64,000 bases of DNA from Acidobacteriota bacterium (GTDB lineage: Bacteria > Acidobacteriota > Terriglobia > Terriglobales > SCQP01). The stretch covers positions 5,400-69,399 of the forward strand of contig JAKASR010000019.1 of the NCBI GenBank assembly GCA_021818955.1, read 5' to 3'. Shown piece after piece: positions 1-10,355 of the stretch. The translations under genes were made by a program, and so were the position numbers. The number at the start of each line of letters is the position of its first letter. Position 1 is the stretch's first letter. The notes under the pieces are model-generated. The model saw only the letters and a list, made by a program, of their open reading frames with translations. It was not told the DNA's origin and made no database searches.

Positions 1-2
1 TG

Positions 3-866
3 TGGGGAGCGATGGCCTTCCTCCTGGCCGCCGGCTTTTTCGTGGCCTATCACTTTGACGCCCAACCCAACCCGCTGCTGCCTGCGGCGGTGGCGCAGGC
101 GCGCGCGCCCGGCAATCCGGGCGGCGCCATGGAAGGCAAAGAGGTGCGTTTCTCGCTGGGCGGCTCGGATTGGTTTGCCGTCGCGACCACCAGCACTTCC
201 TGCGGCGACGTCAACAGCATGCACGACAGTTTCGCTCCGCTGGCCGGCATGGTGCTGCTGCTCAACATGATGCTCGGCTGTGTTGGTTTCGGCGGCGTGG
301 GCGCGGGCCTTTACGGCATGATGATGCTGATCCTGATCACCGTCTTCATCGCCGGGCTGATGATCGGGCGAACGCCGGAATATTTGGGCAAGAAGATTGA
401 GGCCAGGGAAGTCAAAATGGCCATGCTCGGCGTGCTGGCCATGTCCACGCTCATCCTGGTGTTTAGCGCCCTCGGCGCTGCCACGCCCGCTGGCCGCGCC
501 GGCGTCTACAACCCCGGCCCGCACGGGTTGACCGAAATCCTTTACGCCTTCGCCTCGCCCACCGCCAACAATGGCAGCGCCTTTGCCGGGCTGAACGGCA
601 ATACCCGCTTCTACAACTGGACGCAGGCGATCTGCATGCTCTTCGGCCGCTTCCTCATGATCATTCCCGTGCTGGCGATCGCCGGCAGCCTGGCGCGCAA
701 GAAAATTTGCCCGCCCAGCGCCGGCACGCTGGCGCCCCAGACGCCTTTGTTCGCCGCCATGCTGGTGGGCGTGGTGCTGCTGGTCGGCGCGCTGAATTTC
801 TTTCCCGCGCTGACGATCGCTCCCATCCTCGAGCATCTGTTGCTGCATGCCGGGAGGGCCTTCTAA
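3..866 (+). CDS. kdpA: K+-transporting ATPase subunit A (5'-truncated by window edge)
   Basis: Hydrophobic protein with KdpA motifs (EGKEVRF, Gx[19 protein letters not shown], [13 protein letters not shown]); frame is open to the window start. Confidence 0.97.
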   Translation, partial: WGAMAFLLAAGFFVAYHFDAQPNPLLPAAVAQARAPGNPGGAMEGKEVRFSLGGSDWFAVATTSTSCGDVNSMHDSFAPLAGMVLLLNMMLGCVGFGGVGAGLYGMMMLILITVFIAGLMIGRTPEYLGKKIEAREVKMAMLGVLAMSTLILVFSALGAATPAGRAGVYNPGPHGLTEILYAFASPTANNGSAFAGLNGNTRFYNWTQAICMLFGRFLMIIPVLAIAGSLARKKICPPSAGTLAPQTPLFAAMLVGVVLLVGALNFFPALTIAPILEHLLLHAGRAF

Positions 867-2917
867 TGCCGCGCCCCGAGATCCGCACCTGGGATCCGGC
901 GCTGTTTCGCCAGGCGCTGCTGGAATCCTTCCGCAAGTTAAGCCCGCGCTGGATGATGCGCAATCCGGTGATGTTCGTGGTCGAGGTGGGCAGCGCCGAA
1001 ACCACCTTCCAGCTGCTTTGGCGCGTCGTCCACGGCAACTGGACGAATTTCGCCTTCTATTTTCAAATCACCCTTTGGCTGTGGATCACGGTGCTGTTTG
1101 CCAATTTCGCCGAAGCCATGGCCGAGGGCCGTGGCAAAGCGCAAGCGGAATTTTTGCGCCGCGCCAAAACCACCACGATGGCCAGGCGGCTGCTTCCCGG
1201 GGGCCATTGGGAAGAGATTCCGGCGCTGCATCTGCGCATGGGCGACCGGGTGCGGATCGACGCCGGCGAAATGATTCCCAGCGACGGCGCCATTGTCGAG
1301 GGCATCGCTTCGGTCGATGAATCGGCGATTACCGGCGAATCGGCGCCGGTGATTCGCGAAGCCGGCGGCGACCGCTCGGCCGTGACCGGGGGCACCCGGC
1401 TGCTCTCCGACTGGCTGGTGGTCGAAATCACCCGCAATCCCGGCGAAACCTTCATTGACCGCATGATCGCGCTGGTCGAGGGCGCGGTCCGGCAGAAGAC
1501 CCCCAACGAGATCGCGCTCAATATCCTGCTGGCCGGCATGACCATTATTTTTCTGCTGGTCTGCGCCACGCTGCCGCCGCTGGCCGGCTATTTCGGCATC
1601 CGGCTCTCGATTCCGGTGCTGTGGGCGCTGCTGGTCTGCCTCATTCCCACCACCATCGGCGGCCTGCTCTCCGCCATCGGCATTGCCGGCATGAACCGCC
1701 TGGTGCGCCGCAACGTGCTGGCCAAGTCGGGGCGCGCCGTGGAGGCCGCCGGCGATGTGGATACGCTGCTGCTCGATAAAACCGGCACCATCACCCTGGG
1801 CAATCGCCAGGCTTCCGAGTTCGTTCCCGCCCCCGGCATCGAAGTTTACGAGCTGGCCAACGCCGCCCAACTGGCTTCGCTCTCGGACGAAACCCCGGAA
1901 GGCCGCTCGATTGTGGTGCTGGCCAAGGAAAATTATGGCCTGCGTGGCCGCGAACTGGAACAACATCAGGCGCGCTTCATCCCCTTTACCGCCCAAACCC
2001 GCATGTCGGGCGTTGATCTCAATGGCGCCCGCATCCGCAAGGGCGCGGGCGATGCCATCCGCAATTTCGTCGAGTCGCAGGGAGGGCAATTCCCCCTGGC
2101 GGTCAAACAGGCCATGGAAGACATCTCGCGCCACGGCGGCACCCCCCTGGCCGTGGCTGATGGCCCGCGGGTGCTGGGCGTCATCCATCTCAAAGACGTG
2201 GTCAAAGGCGGCATGCGCGAGCGCTTTGACGAGCTGCGCCGCATGGGCATCCGCACCGTGATGATCACCGGCGACAATCCGCTCACCGCCGCCGCCATCG
2301 CCCAGGAAGCCGGCGTCGATGACTTTCTCGCCGAAGCCAAGCCGGAGGACAAGCTGGCGCTGATTAAGCGCGAGCAGGCTGGAGGCAAATTGGTGGCCAT
2401 GACCGGCGACGGCACCAACGACGCTCCCGCCCTCGCTCAGGCCGATGTCGGCGTCGCCATGAATACCGGCACCATGCCGGCCAAAGAGGCCGGCAATATG
2501 GTTGACCTGGATTCGAATCCCACCAAGCTGATCGAAATTGTCGAAATCGGCAAGCAGTTGTTGATGACCCGCGGCGCGCTGACCACCTTTTCCATCTCCA
2601 ACGACGTCTCTAAATATTTCGCCATCCTGCCGGCGCTTTTCAGCGCGGCGTTCCCGGTTTTGGGCGCGCTCAACATCATGCGCCTGGCGACCCCGCAGTC
2701 GGCGATTTTGTCGGCGGTGATCTTCAACGCGCTGATCATCGTGGCGCTGATTCCGTTGGCGCTGCGCGGCATCGCCTATCGTCCGCTCGGCGCTTCGGCC
2801 GTCCTGCGCCGCAATCTGCTGGTCTATGGACTGGGTGGCATTCTCACTCCCTTTCTGTTTATCAAGCTGATTGACATGTTCATCGTGGCGGCGCATTGGG
2901 TCAGCGTGCCGCATTAG
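866..2917 (+). CDS. kdpB: K+-transporting P-type ATPase subunit B
   Basis: [11 protein letters not shown] phosphorylation motif, [22 protein letters not shown]; ATG at 866 overlaps the kdpA TAA (the ORF-track start at 707 is too early). Confidence 0.97.
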   Translation: MPRPEIRTWDPALFRQALLESFRKLSPRWMMRNPVMFVVEVGSAETTFQLLWRVVHGNWTNFAFYFQITLWLWITVLFANFAEAMAEGRGKAQAEFLRRAKTTTMARRLLPGGHWEEIPALHLRMGDRVRIDAGEMIPSDGAIVEGIASVDESAITGESAPVIREAGGDRSAVTGGTRLLSDWLVVEITRNPGETFIDRMIALVEGAVRQKTPNEIALNILLAGMTIIFLLVCATLPPLAGYFGIRLSIPVLWALLVCLIPTTIGGLLSAIGIAGMNRLVRRNVLAKSGRAVEAAGDVDTLLLDKTGTITLGNRQASEFVPAPGIEVYELANAAQLASLSDETPEGRSIVVLAKENYGLRGRELEQHQARFIPFTAQTRMSGVDLNGARIRKGAGDAIRNFVESQGGQFPLAVKQAMEDISRHGGTPLAVADGPRVLGVIHLKDVVKGGMRERFDELRRMGIRTVMITGDNPLTAAAIAQEAGVDDFLAEAKPEDKLALIKREQAGGKLVAMTGDGTNDAPALAQADVGVAMNTGTMPAKEAGNMVDLDSNPTKLIEIVEIGKQLLMTRGALTTFSISNDVSKYFAILPALFSAAFPVLGALNIMRLATPQSAILSAVIFNALIIVALIPLALRGIAYRPLGASAVLRRNLLVYGLGGILTPFLFIKLIDMFIVAAHWVSVPH

Positions 2918-3015
2918 CGGTTTGGCGGTGGCGAGTTGAAACGAAGCCGAAAGCGGCCGGCCTCAAGATGCGGCGCCGGATGATGCGGAGATGATGCGGA
3001 AAGGAGGAGCAAGCG

Positions 3016-3576
3016 ATGAAAGAGCAATTGTGGATTGCGCTCAAAATGACGCTGGTCATGACCGTGCTGACCGGGTTGATTTATCCGCTGGCGGTGACTG
3101 GCGTGGCGCAGGTCTTTTTCCCCAAGGCCGCCAATGGCAGCCGATTGCGCCGGGGCGGTGAATGGGTCGGCTCGCGCCTTATCGGGCAGTCCTGGAAGGG
3201 GCCGGAGTGGTTTCACGGGCGCCCTTCGGCCCATAATTATAATGGGCTGGCTTCCGGCGGCTCCAATTATGGCCCCTCCAACCAGCAATGGGTGGCGGCG
3301 GTGACGCGCCGCGCCGGGCGCTGGCGGCGGGTGACCGGCCAAACTCGGCCGGTGCCCGCGGATCTGGTCGAGGCTTCCGCCTCCGGGCTTGATCCGGATA
3401 TCTCGCCCGCCGCCGCCGCTTATCAGGCGGCTCGCGTGGCCCGCGCCCGCCATCTGCCGCTCGCGCGCGTACAGGCGCTGATCCGCCGTTTTACCCGCGG
3501 CCGTACCTTCGGTTTTCTGGGCGCGCCCCGCGTGAATGTGCTGGAGTTGAATTTGGCGCTGCTGCGGCAACGGTGA
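3016..3576 (+). CDS. kdpC: K+-transporting ATPase subunit C
   Basis: N-terminal TM, ANGS...GSRLIGQ, FHGRPSA, SASGLDPDISP, VNVLELNLAL. Confidence 0.96.
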   Translation: MKEQLWIALKMTLVMTVLTGLIYPLAVTGVAQVFFPKAANGSRLRRGGEWVGSRLIGQSWKGPEWFHGRPSAHNYNGLASGGSNYGPSNQQWVAAVTRRAGRWRRVTGQTRPVPADLVEASASGLDPDISPAAAAYQAARVARARHLPLARVQALIRRFTRGRTFGFLGAPRVNVLELNLALLRQR

Positions 3577-3658
3577 GTTTCTGTGAAAACGAGCGTCTCG
3601 CCCGCGCTGTGGGGCCTGAAATTTCTGGCTGAAATCGGCTGACGGATCACGGCAAACT

Positions 3659-4840
3659 ATGTCCATGAACGTTTTGGTGATTGGTTATGGCCGCGTGGGA
3701 CGCGAGGTGATGCGCCTGCTGTTGGGCGGTCCGCACCGCTTGCGTTTGATCGAGCGCGAGCGCGGCGTGCTGGAAGCGGACTGGGCGCGGTTGCGCGATC
3801 TGGCGGTGGTCGGCGATGCGCTCGATATGGACATTTTGCGCGAGGCCGGTATCGGGCAGGCCGATGTGGTGATGGCGCTGACGCCGGAAGAAAACACCAA
3901 CCTGGCTATCGCCCAGATGGCGCGTCATATCTTCCAGGTGAAACGCGTCATTGCCTTGGCCTACGATCCCACCCGGCGCGAAGATTTTCAGCAGGCGGGG
4001 GCGGAGGTGCTGCTGCTGACCGTGGCGGGCGCGGAGTTCCTGGTCAATTCGCTCGGCGAAAGCGCCGGCGGCGCCGGCCCGGCGGTCGAGGTTTGGGAAC
4101 GGGCGCTGCTGCATCCGGTCGAGGCGCCGCCTCCGCCGCCGTCCCCGGCCGCCCGCGGACGCGGCTATGTGGTCATCGCCGGCGGCGGCAAGGTGGGCTA
4201 TCATCTGGCCAAAGCGCTGCTGCGCGAAGGCCATGAAACAACCGTCATTGAGCGCCGCCGCGACGTCTTCGATAAAATCCGCCGGCAGTTGGAAGCGCCG
4301 GTGATTCTGGGCGACGCCTCGCTGCCCCTGGTTTTGGAGCAGGCCGGCTGCGGGCGCGCCGACGTCTTTGTCGCGGTCACCAATCGCGATCACGACAATT
4401 TGATTTCCTGCCAGGTCGCGCGCAGCCATTTCGGCGTGCCGCGCACCATGGCGCGCGCCAAAGATCCCAAGTTCGGGGCCGTCTTTACCGCCCTGGGCGT
4501 CGATAGCGTCGTCTCTTCCACCGCCATGATCACCCAGGCCATCACCAATGCCTTGCCGTTTTCGCAATTGAAGCGGATCATGGAAATGCCGCGCGGGCAA
4601 TTGCAGTTGGGCGAGTTCGTGGTGCAGCCCGGCAGCCGGGCCGTGGGCCGCGCCATCCGGCAGTTGGATCTGCCCGCGGGCGCCAACCTGGTGGCGCTGA
4701 TCCGCGGCGGCGAAATGATTTTGCCACGCGGCGAAACCGTGCTGGGCCAGCAGGACGAACTGGTGGCGCTCTATCGCAGCGACTTGGAAAGCAGCCTGCG
4801 CACCCTCTTTCTGATGCCGGCCGCGGCGCCCATGCCATGA
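3659..4840 (+). CDS. TrkA/KtrA-like RCK protein (two NAD-binding TrkA_N domains plus a TrkA_C domain)
   Basis: Two Rossmann GxGxxG motifs (VIGYGRVG; IAGGGKVG), GDA...AGxxxADV, C-terminal GRAIRQLDLP...IRGGEMILPRGETVL. Confidence 0.88.
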   Translation: MSMNVLVIGYGRVGREVMRLLLGGPHRLRLIERERGVLEADWARLRDLAVVGDALDMDILREAGIGQADVVMALTPEENTNLAIAQMARHIFQVKRVIALAYDPTRREDFQQAGAEVLLLTVAGAEFLVNSLGESAGGAGPAVEVWERALLHPVEAPPPPPSPAARGRGYVVIAGGGKVGYHLAKALLREGHETTVIERRRDVFDKIRRQLEAPVILGDASLPLVLEQAGCGRADVFVAVTNRDHDNLISCQVARSHFGVPRTMARAKDPKFGAVFTALGVDSVVSSTAMITQAITNALPFSQLKRIMEMPRGQLQLGEFVVQPGSRAVGRAIRQLDLPAGANLVALIRGGEMILPRGETVLGQQDELVALYRSDLESSLRTLFLMPAAAPMP

Positions 4841-6054
4841 TCCCCGCCCCAGCCTTCGCCGCCGCTTCCGCAGCGTTTGAGCCGGAGTGGCCCCCGCCCG
4901 GCGCCGCCGCTGGCGCCGCCCTTCCCGCTCCCGCCGCCGCGGAAAGCGTGCGCGGCGGCGCGCCCCCGGCGCCGGCGCGGCATCGCGGCATCCATAAAAT
5001 CTTTCTCGGTTTTGCTCCCGGCGTGGGTAAAACCTACAACATGCTTGCCGAGGCAATTCGCCGCCGCCAGCGCGGCGAAGATGTCGCCGTCGCCTTTGTC
5101 GAAACCCACGGCCGCAAGGGCGTGCTCGAACTGGTGCCGGAGTTGGAGGTTATCCCCCGCCAGATCGTGGCCTACCACGGCCTGCGCTTGGAGGAATTGG
5201 ATCTGGACGCGGTGCTGGCGCGCCATCCGCAAGTGGCGCTGGTGGATGAACTGGCGCATACCAACCCCCCCGGCCTCAAACATGCCAAGCGCTTCGAGGA
5301 TGTCGAGGTTATTCTTAGCGCCGGCATCGACGTCGTCTCGACGATGAACATTCAGCATATTGAAAGCCTCAATCCGGTCATCTTCCGGCTCACCGGCGTG
5401 CAGGTGCGCGAGACGGTGCCCGACTGGGTGGTGGAAAAAGCCGACGAAAAAGTGCTGGTCGATGTGACCCCGGAAGCGCTGATTCATCGCATGGAGCGCG
5501 GCGATATTTATGCTCCCGGCAAGGTGCCGCAGGCGCTGGCCCATTTCTTTCAACCCCGCAACCTGCTGGCGCTGCGCGAGCTGGCCCTGCGCCAGACCGC
5601 CGAGGAAGCCGATTTGGCCTTCGCCCATCTGCCCGGCGAGCCGGCGCCGGCGGCCATGTACGAGCGCATCGCGGTCTGCGTCGGCGGCAATGAAACCGGT
5701 CAGGAGCTGATCAGCCGCGGCTGGCGGATTGCCCGCCGCCTGCGCTGCCCGATTTATATTCTCAACGTGCGCACCCTGTCGGCCGATGATGAGCCGGAAC
5801 GCCTGGCCGCCAATCTGCAATTCGCCCGCGACCTGGGCGCCGATGTGGTCACCCGCGAGGCGCATGACTTGGCCGGCGGTATTGTCGCCTTCGCGCGCGA
5901 GCAGCGCATTACCCAACTGCTGCTCGGCTTGCCGCGCCACCGCGGTTGGCGCGAGTTCCTTCCCTCCAGCCTGCTGCCGCGGCTGTTCCGCGAGCTGCCG
6001 GGCGTCGATTTTCACCTGGTTGCGCTGCGCGATGAGGCCAATCATGAATCTTAG
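4837..6054 (+). CDS. kdpD: KdpD N-terminal sensor domain plus Usp domain; no TM helices or histidine kinase
   Basis: KIFLGFAPGVGKTYNML, ETHGR, LVDELAHTN, NIQHIESLN, LRELALR, then a Usp-like domain; ends at 405 aa. Confidence 0.9.
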   Translation: MIPAPAFAAASAAFEPEWPPPGAAAGAALPAPAAAESVRGGAPPAPARHRGIHKIFLGFAPGVGKTYNMLAEAIRRRQRGEDVAVAFVETHGRKGVLELVPELEVIPRQIVAYHGLRLEELDLDAVLARHPQVALVDELAHTNPPGLKHAKRFEDVEVILSAGIDVVSTMNIQHIESLNPVIFRLTGVQVRETVPDWVVEKADEKVLVDVTPEALIHRMERGDIYAPGKVPQALAHFFQPRNLLALRELALRQTAEEADLAFAHLPGEPAPAAMYERIAVCVGGNETGQELISRGWRIARRLRCPIYILNVRTLSADDEPERLAANLQFARDLGADVVTREAHDLAGGIVAFAREQRITQLLLGLPRHRGWREFLPSSLLPRLFRELPGVDFHLVALRDEANHES

Positions 6055-6159
6055 GTTTGCGAAGATTGGGAGTGCATGAAAATCCCAGGTTTATGTCGCA
6101 GGTGCATTCCGCCTTGCTGCTGCCATCGGAAGTCATGGGCGGGGCGAGCGGCGAGCGGA

Positions 6160-6319
6160 GCGGGGCCGTGGGGCGATTTCGTGGAAATTTCGAAAACCGC
6201 TGCCGCGAGGCGGTCGCGGTGTATATGGCAATACAGGAGCATCGCCGGGCATCGGCACGCAGAATCGATGGTTTTGCGCCTGGAAGGCGCGAAGCGATGC
6301 TCAGCTTATCGCCTCGCCT
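6160..6319 (+). repeat. 160-bp interspersed repeat, family A, copy 1
   Basis: Gap-free alignment to 12019-12178, about 124/160 identical by manual count. Confidence 0.85.
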
Positions 6320-6337
6320 AGAGGAGCAATCGCCGGC

Positions 6338-6928
6338 ATGAAAGACACCCTCATCCTGGCGGCGATCCTGGCGGCCTTTGCGCTCTGGTGGTGGCGCTCC
6401 CTGCGCCGCCCGCTTACGCGCGGCGCGGCCTCCGCCGATGCCGCGCCGCGCGCCCCGGCGCCGGCGCCGCAGCGCGTGCTGGTCGCCTTGCACCGGCTGG
6501 AAGACGCCGTCTGGCTGTCGGAATTATCCGCCAGGCTGGCCGCGCCCGCGGGACGCGTGCTGCTGGCTTACCTGCTGGAAGTGCCGTTGCAGTTCGAGCT
6601 GAAAGGCTACGATCTGGAAGATGCGGCGATTCTGGAGCGCCTCGATGCCGCCGCCGTTCGCATTCGCGGGCTTGGCCGCGAGCCCCAGCGCCGCATTTTG
6701 CGCACGCGCGATAGCGCCCGCAGCCTGCTGGCGCTGGCGGATGAAACCGCGCCGGAATTGATCATCATGCGCCTGCCCGCCGCCGGCGACTGGGATTTAT
6801 ACGCCCCGCTCGCCCGCCGCGCGCGCCTGCTGCTGGCCGCCGGCGAGCCGCCGCTCCCGAAAGCGGCCGCTTCCCCGCGGCCGCAACCGGCAAGCGATTC
6901 AGCCGCTTTACGCGCCGGCGGCCGCTAA
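6338..6928 (+). CDS. Membrane-anchored universal stress protein (Usp)-like
   Basis: N-terminal TM (ILAAILAAFALWWW), RVLVAL...AYLLEVP...R.RDSARSLLALADE...ELIIM Usp-like pattern; AGAGGAG RBS upstream. Confidence 0.7.
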   Translation: MKDTLILAAILAAFALWWWRSLRRPLTRGAASADAAPRAPAPAPQRVLVALHRLEDAVWLSELSARLAAPAGRVLLAYLLEVPLQFELKGYDLEDAAILERLDAAAVRIRGLGREPQRRILRTRDSARSLLALADETAPELIIMRLPAAGDWDLYAPLARRARLLLAAGEPPLPKAAASPRPQPASDSAALRAGGR

Positions 6929-7051
6929 CCCCGGGCGCCGCGATGCCGTCACCGCTGCTCAGTGCTTTCCGGCCAGCCCGGCGGCGATGAATAAAATGAT
7001 CAGCCAGGGTTTGGTGCGCATGGTAAGCAACTCTCGCGCCGGCGGCGACCC

Positions 7052-10000
7052 TCATGCCTCTTCTTCCTGCTCCGATGCAAGCCGCAGCTTCCCGCGCCGC
7101 CATTGCCGCTCTTTCAGCATCGCGAACAACACCGGCACCAGCAGCAGCACGCCCAGCGTCGAAGTTACCATGCCGCCCACCATGGGCGTCGCGATCGGTT
7201 TCATCACGTCGGAACCGATTCCACTCTCCCATAAAATCGGGCCCAGGCTGAAGATCACGGCGAAAACGGTCATCAGCTTGGGGCGCAGCCGCAGGACGGC
7301 GCCATCCATCGTGGCTTGATGTATATCTTCGCGCAACAGCGGCCCGCCGCGCGCCAGGCGCTCGTCCAGGGCCTCGTGCAGATACACCACCATCACGACT
7401 CCGGTCTCGACCGCGATGCCGAACAGCGCGATGTACCCTACCCAGACGGCGACGCTGAAGTTATAGCCCAGCAGCACTTGCAGCAGCAAGCCGCCGGTCA
7501 GCGCGAAAGCCGTGGGCATAATCAGGATGGCGGCTTCGGCCGCCGAATGGAAGGTCAGGTAGAGCAGCACGAAGATCAGGAAAAAGACTATCGGCAGAAT
7601 AATTTCCAGCCGCTTTTTCGCGTGTTCCTCGAATTTGTATTCTCCCGACCAGTGATAGCTGGCCCCGGCCGGCAACCGCAGCTTGCTGCGCAGGATGGCG
7701 TTGGCCTTCTGCACAAAGCCGCCATAATTGCTGGTGCTGAGATCCACAAACACGTAGCCGGTCAGTTGCCCGTCTTCGTCGCGGATGCCCGCCGGGCCGC
7801 GCGTGAACGTGATGGCGGCGACTTCCGCAATGGGAACTTGGGCGCCGCTCGGCGTGGGAATCAAGACTTGTTCGAGCGCCGGCAGATCGTCGCGGAAATC
7901 GCGGTTATAGCGCACGTTCACCGGAAAGCGTTCCCGGCCTTCGATGTTGGTGGCAATATCCTGCCCGCCAATCCCGCTGGTGATCACCCGTTGCACGTCG
8001 GCGACGGTCAGCCCGTAGCGCGCGGCCAGGGCGCGATGCACCCGGATGTTCACGTAGAAGCCTTGCGCCACGCGCTCGGCGAAGATCGAGCGCACGCCCG
8101 GCAGGCCGGAGAGCAGCGTTTGCACCTGCTCTCCCAGCGCCTGCACTTCGTCCAGGTTTGGCGCCTGGATCTTCATGCCGACCGGGGTCTTGATCCCGGT
8201 AAGTTCCATGTCCAGCCGGTTTTGGATGGGCATGGTCCAGGTGTTGGTCAGGCCCGGGAATTGCAACTTCGCGTCCATCGAGGCGATCAGCCGGTTGTAA
8301 GTCATGCCGGCCGGCCATTCCCGGCGCGGCTTCAGCCGGATGGTGGTGTCAAACATCGAAAGCGGGGCATTGTCGGTGGCGCTGTTGGAGCGTCCAATCG
8401 TGCCGAATACGCTCTTCACCTCGGGAAACGAGCGCAGGATGCGGTCCTGTTCCTGCAGCAAATTGGTCGCGGTGGTGATGGAAATGCCCGGATATGCGGT
8501 GGGCATGTACAGCGCCGCGCCTTCGTAGAAAGGCGGCATGAATTGGCTGCCGATGCGGCTGGCCAGCGGCGCCGTCGCCGCGATCAGGGCCACGCCCAGC
8601 AACAGCACCAGCAGCCGGTGGCGCAGGCAAAAGTTCAGCACCGGCCGGTAGATAAATTGGAAAAACCGCGATACCGGGTTGGCGCTTTCCGGCTTCAGCC
8701 GCCCGCGGATGAACAACGTCATCAGGATCGGGATCAGCGTGATGGAGAGCAGGGAGGAAAAGCCGATGGCCAGCGTCTTGGTCCAGGCCAGCGGCCGGAA
8801 CAACCGTCCTTCCTGCGCCTGCAGCAGAAAAACCGGTAAAAACGAGACCACGATGATGATCAGCGAGAAGAAAATCGGCGGCCCGACCTGCTTGGCGGCG
8901 CGCAACAAAATCCGGCTCCGTTCCCGCGCGCTGATGCCCGGTGCGGCCGGCGGCGAGGGCGGCGGCGCGGCTGCCACCGCGGAAGTCTCGCCGGTGACGA
9001 GGGGGCTGATGCCGGCAATGGGCCCGGCCGGATTCGGTTGCAGCTCAATATCCGCCGGCGGGGAGGGCGGCGTGCCGGTTGCAAGGCGGGCCTGCGCCTC
9101 GGAAAGATGCCGGTACCCGTTTTCCACCATGACAATTGCGGCATCCACCAGTACGCCGATCGCCAGCGCCAGCCCGCCCAGCGACATGATGTTGGCGCTG
9201 ACGTGAAAGTAGTACATCGGAATAAACGACGCGATCACCGCGATCGGCAGCGTCAGAATCGGTATCAGCGCCGAGCGGAAATGGAAAAGAAAAACGATGA
9301 TGACCAGGCTGACGATGAGGGCTTCTTCTATCAGGTCGCGCTTCAGCGTGGCGATGGATCGCTGGATCAGCCCCGAGCGGTCGTAGGCGGTGACGATTTT
9401 CACCCCTGGCGGAAGCGCGGCTTGGATTTCGCGGATTTTGGCCTTGACCCCCTGAATCACCTTCAACGCGTTCTGTCCATCGCGCATCACCACGATGCCG
9501 CCCACGGTTTCGCCCTGGCCGTTCCATTCCGCCACCCCGCGCCGGATATCGGGCCCGAAGCTGACCGTGCCCAGGTCGCCCACCAGCACCGGCGTGCCGT
9601 TATACACGCCCACGGGAATGTTGCGCAGGTCGTTCAGGGAGTGGAGATAACCCAGGCCGCGGACCATGTATTCCGCGCCGCTGAATTCCAGCAGCCGGCC
9701 GCCGACTTCGTTGGTCGAGGCGCGAACCCGCCGGATCACCTTCGCCAGCGGAATGTTATAGGCCAGCAGCTTGTTGGGATCCAGCTTGACCTGGTATTGT
9801 TTGACGAACCCGCCAATCGTCGCCACTTCCGCCACCCCCGGCACCGATTCCAGCCAGTAGCGGATATACCAATCCTGCAGCGTGCGCAGCCGGGCCAGGC
9901 TGGCGGTGTGGTGAGTGTCCTCGAGCACGTATTCATATACCCAGCCCGCGCCGGTCGCGTCCGGCCCCATCGTGGGGTGTACGCCCGGCGGCAATTGGCC

Positions 10001-10354
10001 TTGCAGTTGTTGCATGTATTCCAGCACCCGCGAGCGCGCCCAATAGAGATTGGTCCCGTGCTTGAACACGACAAATACGTAGGAATCGCCGAACATGGTT
10101 TCCGCGCGCACATTTTTGACGCGCGGCGCTGCCAGCAAAGTGGTGACTATCGGGTAAGTGACCTGGTCTTCGATCAGGTCGGGCGGCTGGCCGGCCCACT
10201 GCGTATGAATGATGACCTGGACGTCGGAAATATCCGGCAGCGCGTCCAGCGGCACGCGGTGCATTGCCCAGATGCCCGCCAGCACCAGCAGAAAGACCAG
10301 GATGAACACCAGGAACCGGTTGCGGCTGCAGAGATCGATCAATCGGGCAATCAT
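7052..10354 (-). CDS. cusA: CusA/SilA/CzcA-family heavy-metal RND efflux transporter
   Basis: PLDALPDISDVQVII, GPDATGAGWVYEY, DAAIVMVEN, ETGVVM, RLRPKLMT proton-relay motifs; 1100 aa. Confidence 0.95.
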   Translation of the reverse strand: MIARLIDLCSRNRFLVFILVFLLVLAGIWAMHRVPLDALPDISDVQVIIHTQWAGQPPDLIEDQVTYPIVTTLLAAPRVKNVRAETMFGDSYVFVVFKHGTNLYWARSRVLEYMQQLQGQLPPGVHPTMGPDATGAGWVYEYVLEDTHHTASLARLRTLQDWYIRYWLESVPGVAEVATIGGFVKQYQVKLDPNKLLAYNIPLAKVIRRVRASTNEVGGRLLEFSGAEYMVRGLGYLHSLNDLRNIPVGVYNGTPVLVGDLGTVSFGPDIRRGVAEWNGQGETVGGIVVMRDGQNALKVIQGVKAKIREIQAALPPGVKIVTAYDRSGLIQRSIATLKRDLIEEALIVSLVIIVFLFHFRSALIPILTLPIAVIASFIPMYYFHVSANIMSLGGLALAIGVLVDAAIVMVENGYRHLSEAQARLATGTPPSPPADIELQPNPAGPIAGISPLVTGETSAVAAAPPPSPPAAPGISARERSRILLRAAKQVGPPIFFSLIIIVVSFLPVFLLQAQEGRLFRPLAWTKTLAIGFSSLLSITLIPILMTLFIRGRLKPESANPVSRFFQFIYRPVLNFCLRHRLLVLLLGVALIAATAPLASRIGSQFMPPFYEGAALYMPTAYPGISITTATNLLQEQDRILRSFPEVKSVFGTIGRSNSATDNAPLSMFDTTIRLKPRREWPAGMTYNRLIASMDAKLQFPGLTNTWTMPIQNRLDMELTGIKTPVGMKIQAPNLDEVQALGEQVQTLLSGLPGVRSIFAERVAQGFYVNIRVHRALAARYGLTVADVQRVITSGIGGQDIATNIEGRERFPVNVRYNRDFRDDLPALEQVLIPTPSGAQVPIAEVAAITFTRGPAGIRDEDGQLTGYVFVDLSTSNYGGFVQKANAILRSKLRLPAGASYHWSGEYKFEEHAKKRLEIILPIVFFLIFVLLYLTFHSAAEAAILIMPTAFALTGGLLLQVLLGYNFSVAVWVGYIALFGIAVETGVVMVVYLHEALDERLARGGPLLREDIHQATMDGAVLRLRPKLMTVFAVIFSLGPILWESGIGSDVMKPIATPMVGGMVTSTLGVLLLVPVLFAMLKERQWRRGKLRLASEQEEEA

Positions 10355-10355
10355 G

